DNA from: Okamejei kenojei
Taxonomy: Eukaryota
Length of the DNA: 64,000 bases
Reading direction: 5' to 3'
NCBI GenBank assembly: GCA_035221665.1
Contig: CM069160.1
Coordinates: 8,556,001-8,620,000, forward strand
Shown: positions 35,540 through 48,925 of the stretch, one piece after another
Layout of the letters: every line of letters starts with the position of its first letter
How positions within the stretch are numbered: the first letter of the stretch is position 1
Translations under genes and position numbers: made by a program
The notes under the pieces: model-generated
Databases searched by the model: none
The model's input: only the letters and a program-made list of their open reading frames with translations
Told to the model about the DNA's origin: nothing

Positions 35540-38500
35540 CAGATGAGACAGTGTGAGGCTTGCAGAATGTGGGAGCCCAGGGACACAGATGGAGCCTCTG
35601 GCTGCTACAGCTGTGGCGAGTGCGTCCAGCTTCAGCTCCTAAAGGACCGTGTTGGGGCACTGGAGAAGCAGCTGGTTGACCTCAGGGCCATCTGGGAAAA
35701 TGAGAGTTTCCTGGACAGGACCTACAGTGAGGTTACGGGAAGAACCAAGGTGTGTGACGGAGAGAAAGGGTGGAAATCATGGAGTGCAGAAGACTCAGGT
35801 GGCTGTGCCTAATGAAAACGGGGTACGCCCTCTTGGGGACTGTCTGGGGAGACGATGTTTCCAGCCAAGTGGCGGACACGTCGGTGGCTCCAATCCTGGA
35901 GATGGGACTCGACCGGCGAGACCGACGTCGGGCAGAGCCCTAGTGGTTGGTGACTCCATTGTCCGAGGAGTGGACAGGAGATTCTGTGGAGGCAGACGAG
36001 ATGCGAGGATGGTCTGTTGCCTCCCTGGTGCCAGGGTTCAGGATGTCATGAGCCGATTTATGAACATCCTTGAGAGAGAAGGTAAACAGCCAGCAGTAGT
36101 TGTGCGCGTAGGCACAAACAACATCGGGAAGAACAGGAAGGAGGTTCTCCAACATGACTTCAGAGAGTTGGGAAGAAGACTAATGCTGGACTTCTAGGGT
36201 GGTTATCTCTGGATTGCTTCCAGTACCATGTGCTAGTGAGGACAGGAACAGGGAGATAGGGAATCTGAATGTGTGGCTGAGGGGCTGGTGCAGGGAGCAA
36301 GGATTTAGATTTATAGACCACTGGGATCTCTTCTGGGGCAGGTGACCTGTACAAAAGGGACGGGTTACACCTTAACTGGAGGGGGACCGACATTCTGGCA
36401 GGCAGGTTTGCTAGGGCTACACGTGTGGGTTTAAACTAAATAGTGGGGGGGAGGGATTGACAAATTGGGAGTATAAAGATGGAGTTGAAGGGGAAGTGGC
36501 TACAGGAAAAATTACAAAAGATGCTCGAATTAATGGGGAGGAAAGTTTGAGAATGGGCAACAGAGTAAGGTCAGGGCCAATTGCGGGCGGTGCGAGAGGG
36601 GAAGTGAATACGAAAGTGAAAGCGCTGTATATGAATGTGCGAAGTATAAGGAATAAAGTGGACGAGCTTGAGGCTCTGTTAGAAACGGGCAAGTATGATG
36701 TTGTGGGAATTACTGAGACATGGCTGCAAGAGGGCCGGGGCTGGGAACTGAATATTCAAGGGCATACCTCCTATCGAAAAGGCAGACTGGTGGGCAGAGG
36801 GGGTGGGGAGGAATGTTGGTGAGGAATGAAATTCAGTCCCTTGCAAGGGGTGACATTGAAACAGGAGATGTGGAGTCAGTATGGATAGAACTAAGGTATT
36901 GTAAGGGTAAAAATACCTTAATGGGAGTTATCTACAGGTCCCCAAATAGCAGCCTGGACATAGGGCGCAAGTTGAATCAGGAGTTAAAATTGGCATGTAG
37001 TAAAAGTAATGCTCTGGTTGTTATGGGAGATTTCAACATGCAGGTAGACTGGAAAAATCAGGTTGGTACTGGACCCCAAGAAAGGGACTTTGTAGAGTGC
37101 CTTCGTGATGGATTCTTTGAACAGCTTTTATTGGAGCCTACCAGGGAGAAGTCAATTCTGGATTTAATGTTATGTAATGAACTGGATTTGATAACCAACC
37201 TTGAGGTTAATGAGCTATTAGGAGGCAGTGACCATAACATGGTCAGGTTTAATCTACAATTGGAGAGGGAGAAGAGTAGATCGGAGGTGTCAGTGTTGCA
37301 GTTGAATAAAGGGGACTATGGGTCCATGAGGGAGGAGTTGGCCAAAGTTGACTGGAAAGATACCCTAGCAGGGATGACAGTGGAACAAAAATGGCAGGTG
37401 TTTCCAGGAATAATACAGAAGGTGCAGGATCAGTTCATTCCTAGGAGGAAGAAAGATTCCAAGGGGAGAAAGGGACGACCATGGCTGACAAGGGACGTCA
37501 CGGACAGTATAAAAATTAAAGCAAAGAAGTACAACGTAGTAAAGATGAGCGGGAAGCAAGAGGATTGGGTAATGCTTAAAGAACAACAGAAAATATCCAA
37601 AAAGACAATACACGGAGAAAAGATGAGGTACGAAGGTAAGCTAGCCAAGAATATAAAGCAGGATAGTAAAAGCTTCTTTAGGTATGTGAACAGGAAAAAA
37701 TTAGTTAAGACCAAAGTTGGACCCTTGAAGACCGAAAAAGGGGAATTTATTATGGGTAACAAGGAAATGGCAGATGAGTTGAACAGGTACTTTGGATCTG
37801 TCTTCACTAAGGAGGACACAAACAATCTTCCTGATATCATAGTGGCCAAAGGATCTGGGGTGACAGAGGAACTGAAGGAAATCCATCAGTCTACCTAACA
37901 CCATAGGCAGGAAATGGTGTTAGGTAGACTGATGGGACTGAAGGCTGATAAATCCCCAGGGCCTGATGGTCTGCATCCCAGGGTACTTAAGGAAGTGGCT
38001 CTAGAAATCGTGGATGCGTTGGTGATAATTTTCCAATGTTCTATAGACTCTGGATCCGTTCCTGTGGATTGGAGGGTAGCTAATGTTATCCCACTTTTTA
38101 AGAAAGGCGGGAGAGAGCACACGGGGAATTATAGACCAGTTAGCCTGACATCGGTGGTGGGGAAGATGCTGGAGTCAATTATAAAAGATGAGATAGCTGC
38201 ATATTTGGATAGCAGTAACAGGATCGGTCTATGTCAGCATGGATTTACGAAGGGGAAATCATGCTTGACTGATCTTCTGGAATTTTTTGAAGATGTAACT
38301 GGGGAAAATGGACAAGGGAGAACCAGTGGATATAGTGTACCTGGACTTTCAGAAAGCATTTGATAAGGTCCCACATAGAAGATTAGTGGGCGAAATTAGG
38401 GCACATGGTATTGGTGGTAGATTGCTGACATGGATAGAGAAGTGGTTGGCAGACAGAAAACAAATAGTAGGGATTAACGGGTCCCTTTCAGAATGGCAGG

Positions 38501-39523
38501 CAGTGACTAGTGGGGTACCGCAAGGCTCGGTGCGGGGACCACAGCTATTTACAATCTACATCAATGATTTGGATGAAGGGATTCAAAGAAACATTAGCAA
38601 ATTTGCAGATGATACAAAGCTGGGTGGCAGTGTGAACTGTGAGGAGGATGCTATGAGAATGCAGGGTGACTTGGACAGGTTGGGGGAGTGGGCAGATGCA
38701 TGGCAGATGAAATTTAATGCGGATAAATGTGAGGTTATCTACTTTGGTAGCAAAAACAGGAAGGCAGATTACTATCTAAATGGTGTCAAGTTGGGAAAAG
38801 GGGAAGTACAATGGGATCTGGGGGTCTTTGTAAATCAGTCTATGAAAGTAAGCATGCAGGTACAGCAGGCAGTGAAGAAAGCGAATGGCATGTTGGCCTT
38901 CATAATAAGAGGAATCGAATATAGGAGCAAAGAGGTCCTTCTGCAGTTGTACAGACCTAGTGAGACCACACCTGGAGTATTGACGTGCAGTTTTGGTCCC
39001 CTAATTTGAGGAAGGACATTGAGGGAGTGCAGCATAGGTTTACAAGGTTAATTCCTGGAATGGTGGGTTTGTCATAGGCTGAGAGAATGGAGCAGCTGGG
39101 CTTGTGCACTCTGGAGTCTAGAAGGATGAGAGGGGATCTCATTGAAACATATAACATTGTTAAGGGCTTGGACACACTAGAGGCAGGAAACATGTTCCCG
39201 ATGTTGGGGGAGTCCAGAACCGGGCGCCACATTTTAAGAATAAGGAGTAAGACATTCAGAACAGAGACAAGGAAACACGTTTTCTCAGAGTGGTGAGTCT
39301 GTGGAATTCTCTGCCTCAGAGGGCGGTGGAGGCAGGTTCTCTGGATGCTTTCAAGAGAGAGCGAGATAGGGCTCTTAAAAATAGCGGAATCAGGGAATAT
39401 GGGTAGAAGGCAGGAACGGGGTACTGATTGGGGATGATCAGCCATGATCACATTGAATGGTGGTGCTGGCTCGAATGGCCAAATGGCCGACTCCTGCACC
39501 TATTGTCTATTGTCTATTGTCTA
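35540..39523 (+). mobile_element. Near full-length CR1 LINE (ORF1 Zn-finger/coiled-coil + SGNH esterase; ORF2 APE + RT), inactivated
   Basis: ORF1 QCEACRMWE...CGECVQLQLL and VVGDSIVRG...CCLPGARVQDV. ORF2 YMNVRSIRNK...GITETW, MGDFN, SDH, KSPGPDG, FADD. Tail (ATTGTCT)n. Several frameshifts. Confidence 0.95.
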
Positions 39524-39719
39524 TCCTACTCCCCTCTCATCACATAGTAATGATCCCAAACACACCCTTCCATCCTGCTCCCCTCTCATCACACAGTGCT
39601 GATGACAAATCGCACTGTCCACCTCTCCTGCCACCGTATAGTGTGAACCCAAACAATACTGCACTGTCCCATTCCCCACCCATTGCGTAGTGTTGATCCC
39701 AAACTCTGCCAGCCTGCAC

Positions 39720-40685
39720 GTTGGATGGATGGCAGAAGACAAAGTGTGGCAATAAAGGATGCTTTTTCTGGTTGGCTGCCAGTGACTAGTGGAGTTCCGC
39801 AAGGGTCGGTGCTGGGGCTGCCACTCTTCACGTTGTATATTAATGATTTGGACGAGGGGAATGAAGTCTTTGTCGCAAACTTTGCGAATTATATGAAAAT
39901 AGGTGGAGGGGCAGGTAGTGTCGAGAAAGCAAGGACTCTGCAGAAGGAGTTAGACAGGTTTGGAGTGGGGTGGGAAGTGGCAGATGGAATTTAGTGCAAC
40001 AAAGTGTGGAGTCATGCATTTTGGTAGTAGGAATAAAAGCATAGACTGTTTTCTAAATTGGATGAGAATCCAGAAATCGGAGGTGCAAAGAGACTTGGCA
40101 ATGTCGGTGCAGGATTCACAAAAGGTTAATCTGCAAATCCATATCGGTAGCAAAGAAAATAGGGGCTTGCATACAAAAATAGGGAAGTAATTTTAGGAAG
40201 GCAATGAGGGGAAATTTCTTCTTAGACTAAATTATCATGATGAACGCCCCATGATGAGCTATTGTCGGCACTGGACGTGTACTCGCTGGCATTTAGTAGA
40301 TGAGGGGGGACCTCATTAAAACAGACAGAATAGTGAAAGGCTTGGATAAAGTGGATGTGGAGAGGATGTTTCCACTAGTGGGAGAGCCGAGGACTAGAGG
40401 TCATAGCCTCCGAATTAAAGGACTTCTTTTAGGAAGGAGATGAGGAGAACTTTCTTTGGTCAGAGGGTGAATCTGTGGAATTCTTTGCCACAGCAAGCTG
40501 TGGAGGTCGTCAGTGGATATTTGTAAGGCAGAGATAGATAGATTCTTGATTGGTACAGGCTATGGAGAGAAGGCAGGAGAATGGGGTTTGGAGGAAGATA
40601 TAGATCAGCCATGATTGAATGACAGAGAAGACTTGATGGGCTGAATGGCCTATTTCTACTACTATTCCTCATGACCTTATGATCC
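39720..40685 (+). mobile_element. Older degraded CR1 RT/3' fragment
   Basis: SGVPQGSVLG...INDLD and KWQMEF..KCGVMHFG pieces. Confidence 0.85.
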
Positions 40686-40743
40686 CACTGCCTTGCTCTC
40701 CCCCTCTATCTCTATAATTATAGAACTCTGATCTTGGCTGTGG

Positions 40744-40744
<1 letters not shown>

Positions 40745-40815
<71 letters not shown>
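40745..40815. repeat. (TG)n microsatellite
   Basis: ~35 perfect TG units. Confidence 0.98.
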
Positions 40816-40817
<2 letters not shown>

Positions 40818-41229
40818 TTATTTGTTTGTGTGTTGTCACATCTTCTCGAAAAAACGACGCGCTAACTCCATGCTCTGTTATTAAAGAAAACCCAGCAAAG
40901 GGAGACACTACCTGCTGCGGCCTCACAATTCCAGTGAGCTGTTCGGTCCTGACCTCAAGTGCTGTCCGTGTGGAGTTTACACGTTCTGCCTGTGACCGCG
41001 TGGGTTTTCTCAAGGAGGCGAGATATCCTGCAATGGCCAAAGAGACATCTGGGTTTGTAGGTTAACGAGCCCTCTGTAAATTAGCCCTGAGTATGTGGGA
41101 GTGAATGGGACAATGGGATAACATAGAACTGGTATGAATGGGTGATTGATGGTCCACGTGGACTCATAGCTGGGCTGAAGGACCTGTTTCCATGCTGTTT
41201 TCAATCAATTAACCAATCCCAGTGACTGT

Positions 41230-42927
41230 TGGATCTTTTTTCTCCACTTTAGTTTTGATTGCTTTTATGTATACACAAATAAAACACAAATATAACAACG
41301 AAACATACAACAATACAATGAAACGTACAACAATGTAGCGGGGGGGGGGGGTTCAGTTTACAATTAATGATGCAGTATACAGAACTATTTTCATATTAAA
41401 ACATTTTCCAATAACTTACATTATTGTCAATAAAATTATACAGTGTTGATGTCTTTATTTCTATACCTAATCCATTTTCCCATTTTCTGTTAAACTCGTC
41501 TTCTTTCACTCTTAGAGAATATGTCATTTTCTCCATGAGAAATATTTCCAGTACTATGTCTAACCATTGTCTAAGTCCGGGTGTGCCCGCTGCAAGCCAG
41601 TTTCTTGTAATGGCCTTTCTGCCAGCTGTGAGTAGGATTTTAACCAAGTAATGGTCTTCCTTCAGCACCACTGTATTTGTATTACCTAGCTATAAAATGG
41701 AACACTTCTTGGAGACTATATATCCTAATACCTCCGTTAATTCTGAATTTACTCTGTTTCAAAATGGTTCTATTTTTGGGCAAGTCCAGAAGATATGTGC
41801 ATGATTTACATCTGTTTGACCACATTGCCTCCAGCATGTTTGCTGCCTTAGAATTTGCTTGCTTTTTATGTTAGGCGTAACAAAGAAACAAATCAAATTT
41901 TTCCAATTCAATTCTCTCCAGTTTTGTGAATTAGTGGATGTCTGCAGTGTTACACACATATGATGCCATTCTTCTTCTGAGATTGTAATGTTCAATTCCT
42001 TTTCCCACTTAAAATTTACGCCAAATGTAGTTTTAGCTTGACATTCCATTAAACTATGATAAAGTTTAGAAATAATCCTTGATGTTTTTTGATGATACGC
42101 ATTAACTATCACTTCTATCACTGGATTCTTTTCTTCTAGTGCCTCCCTTTTTACCTTTTTATTGTAATAATCTCTCAGTTGGAGGTATCTAAACAAGTCT
42201 TGGTTCCGAAGTGCAAATCTATCCTTCAAATCTTGAAAACTTCTTAGGTCTCCATTTTCAATAACAGTACAAAATGCAGTCATTCCTTTCTTCATCCACT
42301 CTTTAAATGTTGAGTCATACATCCCTGGTTTAAATTCATTATCCAAAGCTATCCATCTTAAAACTTTTTGTCGTTTATTCAGTTTAAGTTGTCTGGTAAG
42401 CGTGAACCAGGTTTCTAAAGTAAATTTCGTTATTGGATCGATTATACTCCTGATATGTCCAGGAAGCACTTTTTCTCCCAAAAGTGTTTGGATGTGGAAG
42501 TCAGGGATATATGTCTCAATCTCTTTCCACCTAGCTATATAGCTGTCCTCACACCAATTAATTAGTGGTCGAAGTTGGGCTGCATAGAAATATATCCTAA
42601 AATTTGGAAGTGCCATTCCACCTTTGTCCTTTGGCAATTGGAGTGTAGTGTATTGAATTCTGACCTTCTTTCCTCCCCAAATAAATCTAGATATTAATTT
42701 ATCCCATTCCGTGAATTGTTTTAATGGTACCTCTATTGGCAGAGATTGAAACAAGTACAATAGCCTTGACAAAATATTCATTTTCACCACATTTATCTTA
42801 CTACTAAAATCCATTGGGTAGATGGACCATCTTTCTATATCCTTTCTTATGTTTTGGTTGATGTGATTATAATTGGCCCCTTCCAACATTGATATATTTT
42901 TTGTTATATGTACCCCTAGGTATTTGA
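41230..42927 (-). mobile_element. L1-clade LINE 3' portion (ORF2 C-terminus with CCHC motif)
   Basis: KYLG...NVVKMNIL.RLLYLFQSLP...FIWGGK...KGGMALPN...CWRQCG...HIFWTCP. Confidence 0.88.
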
Positions 42928-43284
42928 CTGTTGGATCTAAGAGTCATAGAGAAACGAACAGGCCCTTCTGCCCAACTCATCCATGCCAAACAAAGTGGTC
43001 TGTCCCATTAGTCCCATTTGCCCATGTTTGGCGATATCCCACAGAAGCTTTCCTATCTATGCATCTATCCAAATGTATTTAAAAATTTTGTTATAGTATC
43101 TGTATCAATTACCTCGAGGCAGCTCGTTCTATATACCCACCACACTCTATGCGTGAAGGTTACCCCTCAGTTTCCCAGTAGATATTACCTTAACCCTGTG
43201 TCCTCGGGTTTTTGATTCCTCATCTCTGGGTAAAAGACTCTGAGCATTCACCCTATCTATTCCCATCATTTTTTTTCCCCTGAA

Positions 43285-43570
43285 AAAGGACCTTTTATTC
43301 AATTAAACACAAATTTAGAGAATAAACAGAATCAATTCTGCCATTGGCACTTTACAAACAACAATTAAAACGTTATCAGATTAAAATGTTGTCAACCTTA
43401 TCTACAATACACTCGACCCCCACCCCACCACTGCACGACGATCAGCGTTCACGGAAGGCCTCCAGATTCCTCATGGACATCGCGTGCTCTCTCTACAGGG
43501 GCACGCGGGCACTGACGTAGGCCCGGAACAGGAGCAGGCAGTCGACTCGGGTAGAACCCTCGACTGCCCG
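43285..43570 (-). mobile_element. Tx1-like LINE 3' end fragment
   Basis: The minus strand reads DCLLLFRAYVSARV..REHA....LEAFRER, followed by an AT-rich 3'UTR with AATAAA. Confidence 0.6.
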
Positions 43571-43609
43571 CTTCTATTCCCCTCATGGGAGCTGGAATGT
43601 GGGATTGAA

Positions 43610-43953
43610 TATAGAAACGTAGAAACCTATAAAATAGGTGCAGGCGTAGGCCATTCAGGCCCTTCAAGCGGTTCAATATGATCATGGCTGATCATCCAAA
43701 ATCAAAACCCTGTTCCTGCTTTCTCCCCATATCACTTGATTCTGTTAGCCCTCAAGAGTTATATTTAGCTCTCTCTTGAAAACATCCAGTGAATTGGCCT
43801 CCACTGCCTACTGTGCCAGAGTATTCCACAGATTCACAACTCTCAGGGTGAAAACGCTTTTCCTCATTTTAGCCCTATATGGTCTACCCCTTGTTCTTAA
43901 ACTGTAACCCCCTAGTTCTGGACTCCCCCAACATCGGGAACATTTTTCCTGCA
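43610..43953 (-). mobile_element. CR1 3' fragment
   Basis: Reverse complement of the CR1 C-terminus and 3'UTR. Confidence 0.85.
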
Positions 43954-46900
43954 TGTCCCTTCTAAGGCCCGTTGAAATAATAGAGGAAACTCTTAGAGGG
44001 TGGCATGGTGGCGCAGCGGTAGAGTTGCTGCCTTACAGCTCCAGATACCTGGGTTCGATCCTGACTGTGGATGCTTGTCTGTACGGAATTTGTACATTCT
44101 CCGCATGAACTGCGTGGGTTTCCTCTGGGACCTCCGGTTTCCCACCGCACTCAAAAATAAAAACGTGCAGGTTTGTGGGTTAATTGGCTTGGTATAAATG
44201 TAAATTGTCTCTTGTGTGTGTGTGTGTCAGCTACTGTTAGTGTGAGGGGATCACCGATCGGCATGGACTCGGTGGGCCAAAGGGCCTGTTTCTGTGCTGT
44301 GTCCCTGAACTAAACCATAACAGGAGCAGGATGGTAGGAGAGAAAAAGCAGCAGAAATGGGAAAGGGAGAGACGTGGCTGAAGAAGGAGAGTGTATTGAA
44401 CAGGAACTATTTCGTTGGAAATCCCCTTGTGTTGTTTGCTCAATCTGCATGACACAACCGAAATTCAGCTCTTTCACTTTCAGTTGGCACAGCTTCAGTG
44501 TCCCCACCCAGTTCTGTGCGTTGTTCACCACAGGTTCCAAACCAGCTATTCCTCTCCATTTTGTGACTTGCAGGCTATTATCAACTTGAAAAAACGAGTT
44601 GGGTGTGTAGCCCATTGGCCAGACTCGCCACCATTGGTTCCATCTGCACTTCACGCTGCATCAGAAAAGCAGCTAACATAACATAAAGACTTGTCCCACC
44701 CCGGTCATTCCTTCTTCTCCCCGCGCCCGTCCAGCAGAAAGTGCAGAAGCTTGAATGCGCGAACCACCAGACTCAGGAATAGCATTTTCCCCTCTGTTAT
44801 CAGTTAGGGTCCTTCCATAAGCGAGGGTACTGTCCGATTTATCTTTACTCCATTGCGGACACTGGACTTTGTCTATAGAACTGATGCGCAACATTGCTCC
44901 ATTTTCTTCCAAATGGCAGTCAATCCTAACCCGAAGAATCCTCTCCGAAAGCATCATCCGCCATAATTACCCAATCACATCAGCACATCTCGTTTTACGG
45001 CGGCACAGTGGCGCAGCTGCTCGAACTGTTGCTTCACAGCTTGAAAAACCCGTGTTCGATCCTGACCTCCGCTGCTGTCTGCGTGGAGTCTCTCCGTTCT
45101 CCCTGCGACTGCATGCATTTCGTCCGGGTGCTTCAGTTTCCTCCCTCATCCCAAACACATGCAGGTATTAAAGGTTAATTGGCCTTCGGTAAATTGTCAT
45201 ACAGAGGCCTACAAAACGAAAAATAAAGCTGCTACTAACCATTGCTACTTCGATAGAAACTCCCATATCGACAACTTTGTCCAGAAATAAGCAATGAGTG
45301 CACCAGGTACTCCTCCAGCAGGTTCCCGCACTCCTTTCATTGAACTATTAGCTCCATTTCTTATGACATAACTTTGACTTTATAGGGTTATTGAAGTCAA
45401 CCTTCAATAATGACAGGTCTAAGTAATTTGTAATTTCTATATCTATTAGGGTGGCACGGTTGTGCAACGGTAGAGTTGCTGCCTTATAGTGCTCACAGCG
45501 CCAGAGACCCGGGCTCAATCCCGACTACGGGTGCTGTCCGTACGGAGTTTGTACTTTCTCCGAGATCTTCTGTTTCTTCCCACAATCCAAAGGCGTACAG
45601 GTTTGCAGGTTAATTGGCTTGGTATAAGTGTGCCTAGTGTGTGCAGGGTAGTGTTAATGTGCGGGGATCGCTGGTCGGTGCAGACCCGGTGGGCCGAAGG
45701 GCCTGTTTACATGCTGTATCTCTAAAATAAATGAAACTAAACCATGTTGTTTTTGGCCAGTGTGCATTTGATTGCCTGAATAGCCTGTTTCTAAGCTGTG
45801 CAAGTCAATGACAAAACTGGAATTCCCCAGCCAGTGACACTGTCAATTAAAGCAACACACTGCGTCACGTGGCAAAGTACATTTTTTGGGAATGCAGTAA
45901 GTCTAGAATTTCCCTCATCTTTGGCGGCATGGTGACATTGCGTTAGAGCTACTGTTCTACGGGTGCTGTCTGTTTGGAATTTGTACATTCTCCTCATCAC
46001 CTGCATGGGTTTTCTCCGATATCTTTGGTTTCCCCCCACACTCCAAAGAGACAGACATACAGGTTTATAGGCTGATCGCCTTATATAAACGTAAAATAAA
46101 TTGTCCCTAACGTGGGTAGAGTCGTGTTAATGTCGTGGGTCAGTGTGGATTCGATGGGCCGATGTTTATGCGCTGTATCTCTAAACTAAACTAAACTAAA
46201 ATGCATTGTAAGAAAACCATCTAGTTATAAACACCACAACATGCAAAGGTTTGGTATGCACACATTAACAGTAGTCATACAACACTAAAACAGGCCCTTT
46301 GGCCCACCCACCCATGCTGATCTTGATGCCCGGTCTATGCTAGTCCCTTTGCCCCATACCCCTCTGGAGCCCCACCAACCAGCACCTGTGTGAAGGCCCG
46401 GAAGGGGGGGGGCCATCTAAGCCGATTCCTGATCTTCACCCGAAGACCGGCCTCAAGAAGGATGAATGACGGACGCAATGGGCGAGGAGTGAGGCCGGTA
46501 GGAGAGGAGAGGGAATGGTGTCGGGCCTACAGCGCCCTCGAGATCAGCTGTGGGAGGCTTCTCTGTGGGCACTAAGGTGGACAGGCGAGGAGAGGGATGT
46601 CGGTTCACACGTCCAAGGGACGGTGATGGGTGGAGGCCTGCAGTAGCCTGGGACTTGCCTGGAAGGTGCACCGCTCATCACAACTAGAGCACAGACTGGA
46701 CTTTGAAAATGGTGCCAAAACATGGCGCCTCTGGCACGCAGGCCCAGTGGACTATTTCTGTACACTTTGCTCATCGGGGAAGTACGTAGGTATGGCAATA
46801 GTCTACTGGACTGTTTGTAAGAAAATAATTTCACTGTGCATTTGGACTTTGCATATGTGGCAATCATCATCATCATTGGCGGTCACTCGAAACAAGTATG

Positions 46901-47175
46901 ACTGTCCTCTCCTCTCCATAGGGTCATCTACTTGTGAGTCTGCAGAGGCCGATCTGCCACCCACATACGGTGCAACGTGGGCAGTGGAAACTGGCGGTGG
47001 TTGGCGTAGATCCATTTCGTGAAGTGCAGCTCCTTCCTGCACGGATTTCCTGCAGGAGCGCCTGTCCAGTGCAATGAGCTCCCAGTTGCTCGATGTGATG
47101 CGGAATTTCTTTAGACCGTTCTTGATGTTGTCCTTGAAGCGTTTCATTGGCCCGCCGGGGGCTCGCCAACCTTCC

Positions 47176-47820
47176 TTCATAGCAAAAGGATTTGAGTACA
47201 GGAGCAGGGAGGTTCTACTTCAGTTGTACAGGGTCTTGGTGAGACCACACCTGGAGTATTGCGTACAGTTTTGGTCTCCAATTCTGAGGAAGGACATTAT
47301 TGCCATAGAGGGAGTGCAGAGAAGGTTCACCAGACTGATTCCTGGGATGTCAGGACTGTCTTATGAAGAAAGACTGGATAGACTCGGTTTATACTCTCTG
47401 GAATTTAGGAGATTGAGAGGGGATCTTATAGAAACTTACAAAATTCTTAAGGGGTTGGACAGGCTAGATGCAGGAAGATTGTTCCCGATGTTGGGGAAGT
47501 CCAGGACAAGGGGTCACAGCTTAAGGATAAGGGGGAAATCCTTTAAGACCGAGATGAGAAAGACTTTTTTCACACAGAGAGTGGTGAGTCTCTGGAACTC
47601 TCTGCCACAGAGGGTAGTTGAGGCCAGTTCATTGGCTATATTTAAGAGTGAGTTGGATGTGGCCCTTGTGGCTAAGGGGATCAGAGGGTATGGAGAGAAG
47701 GCAGGTACGGGATACTGAGTTGGATGATCAGCCATGATCATATTGAATGGCGGTGCAGGCTCGAAGGGCTGAATGGCCTACTCCTGCACCTAATTTCTAT
47801 GTTTCTATGTTTCTATGTTT
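47176..47820 (+). mobile_element. CR1 family B 3' fragment inserted in the RTE
   Basis: Near-identical to 24913-25555 and flanked by TTCCTTCA on both sides. Confidence 0.95.
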
Positions 47821-48925
47821 CCTTCAATTGAGAGTGCAGAGTTTGTTTAGGGAGACGTGGGTTGGACATGCGGATGACATGGCCAGTCCATCGAAGTTGG
47901 TGCTGCATTATTGTGGTGGCGTTGCTGGTCATGTTGGCTTCCTCCAAAGCGCTGATGTTGGTGCGTTTGTCCTCCTGGCTGATCCTCAGAATCTTTCGTA
48001 ACAATCTTTGATGGTATTGTTCCAGGGCTCAAAAGATACCTGCAGTAGGTGGTCCATGACTCGGCTCCATACGACAGGGTGGGGAGGACAATGGCTCTGT
48101 AGACCAGCAGTTTTGTTTGAGCTTTTAGGTCTCAGTCTTCAAAGTCTCTTTTCCTGAGTCTGGCGTAGGCTCGGCAGGTACTACTCAGGCGAAGGTTGAT
48201 CTCAGAGTCGACGTCAGCTTTTGAGGAAAGAATGCTGCCAAGGTTGGGGAAGTGGTCAACGTTTTCAAGAGTGGTGTCGTCCACGTTTATAGTGGGCTGG
48301 GTAGACGGTGGAGGTTGGTGTAGGATTAGGACCTGGGTCTTCTTGATATTTAAGGCTAGGCCCATGGCTCTGTATGCCTTGGCAAAGGTATTCAGGATGC
48401 CCTGGAGGTCTTCTGCAGAGTGTGCTGCAATGGCACATTTGTCCGCTTACTGAAGCTCCATGATGGCGGTGTTCCTGACTTTGCTCTTGGCCTTCAACCT
48501 ATTAAGATTGAAGAGCCCACCATCAGTTCTGTAGAGGATTGGGATCTCCTGTGGCAGCTTCCAATGAGGTGAGGTATGGCAGCAATGAAGACGATAAACA
48601 GGGTGCGTGCTATGATGTATGCCTGTTTGACCCCTGTTTCCACAGTGAAGGGCTCGGATTCAGAGCCGCACTGTGACCGACATGCCATCATGTAGAAGCC
48701 TCAATATTCTGATGTACTTGTCCTGACAACCCAACCTTGATAGTATGCTCCAAAGAGCTGCCTTTGTTCACGGCATTTTTCCTGGAGTTGGCGTACTGTG
48801 AATAACATGTCTGCTGTACCTCTGGGTGTGTGGAATCCACACTGTGATTCTGCGAGTACCCCCGCAGACAGTGGTAGAAGTAGGTTTGCGAGGACGCGAG
48901 CAAGGACTTTGCCTGTTGTTGACAG

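Noticed and set aside
45448-45530. tRNA-like A/B boxes
   Set aside because: These are heads of V-SINEs, not tRNA genes.
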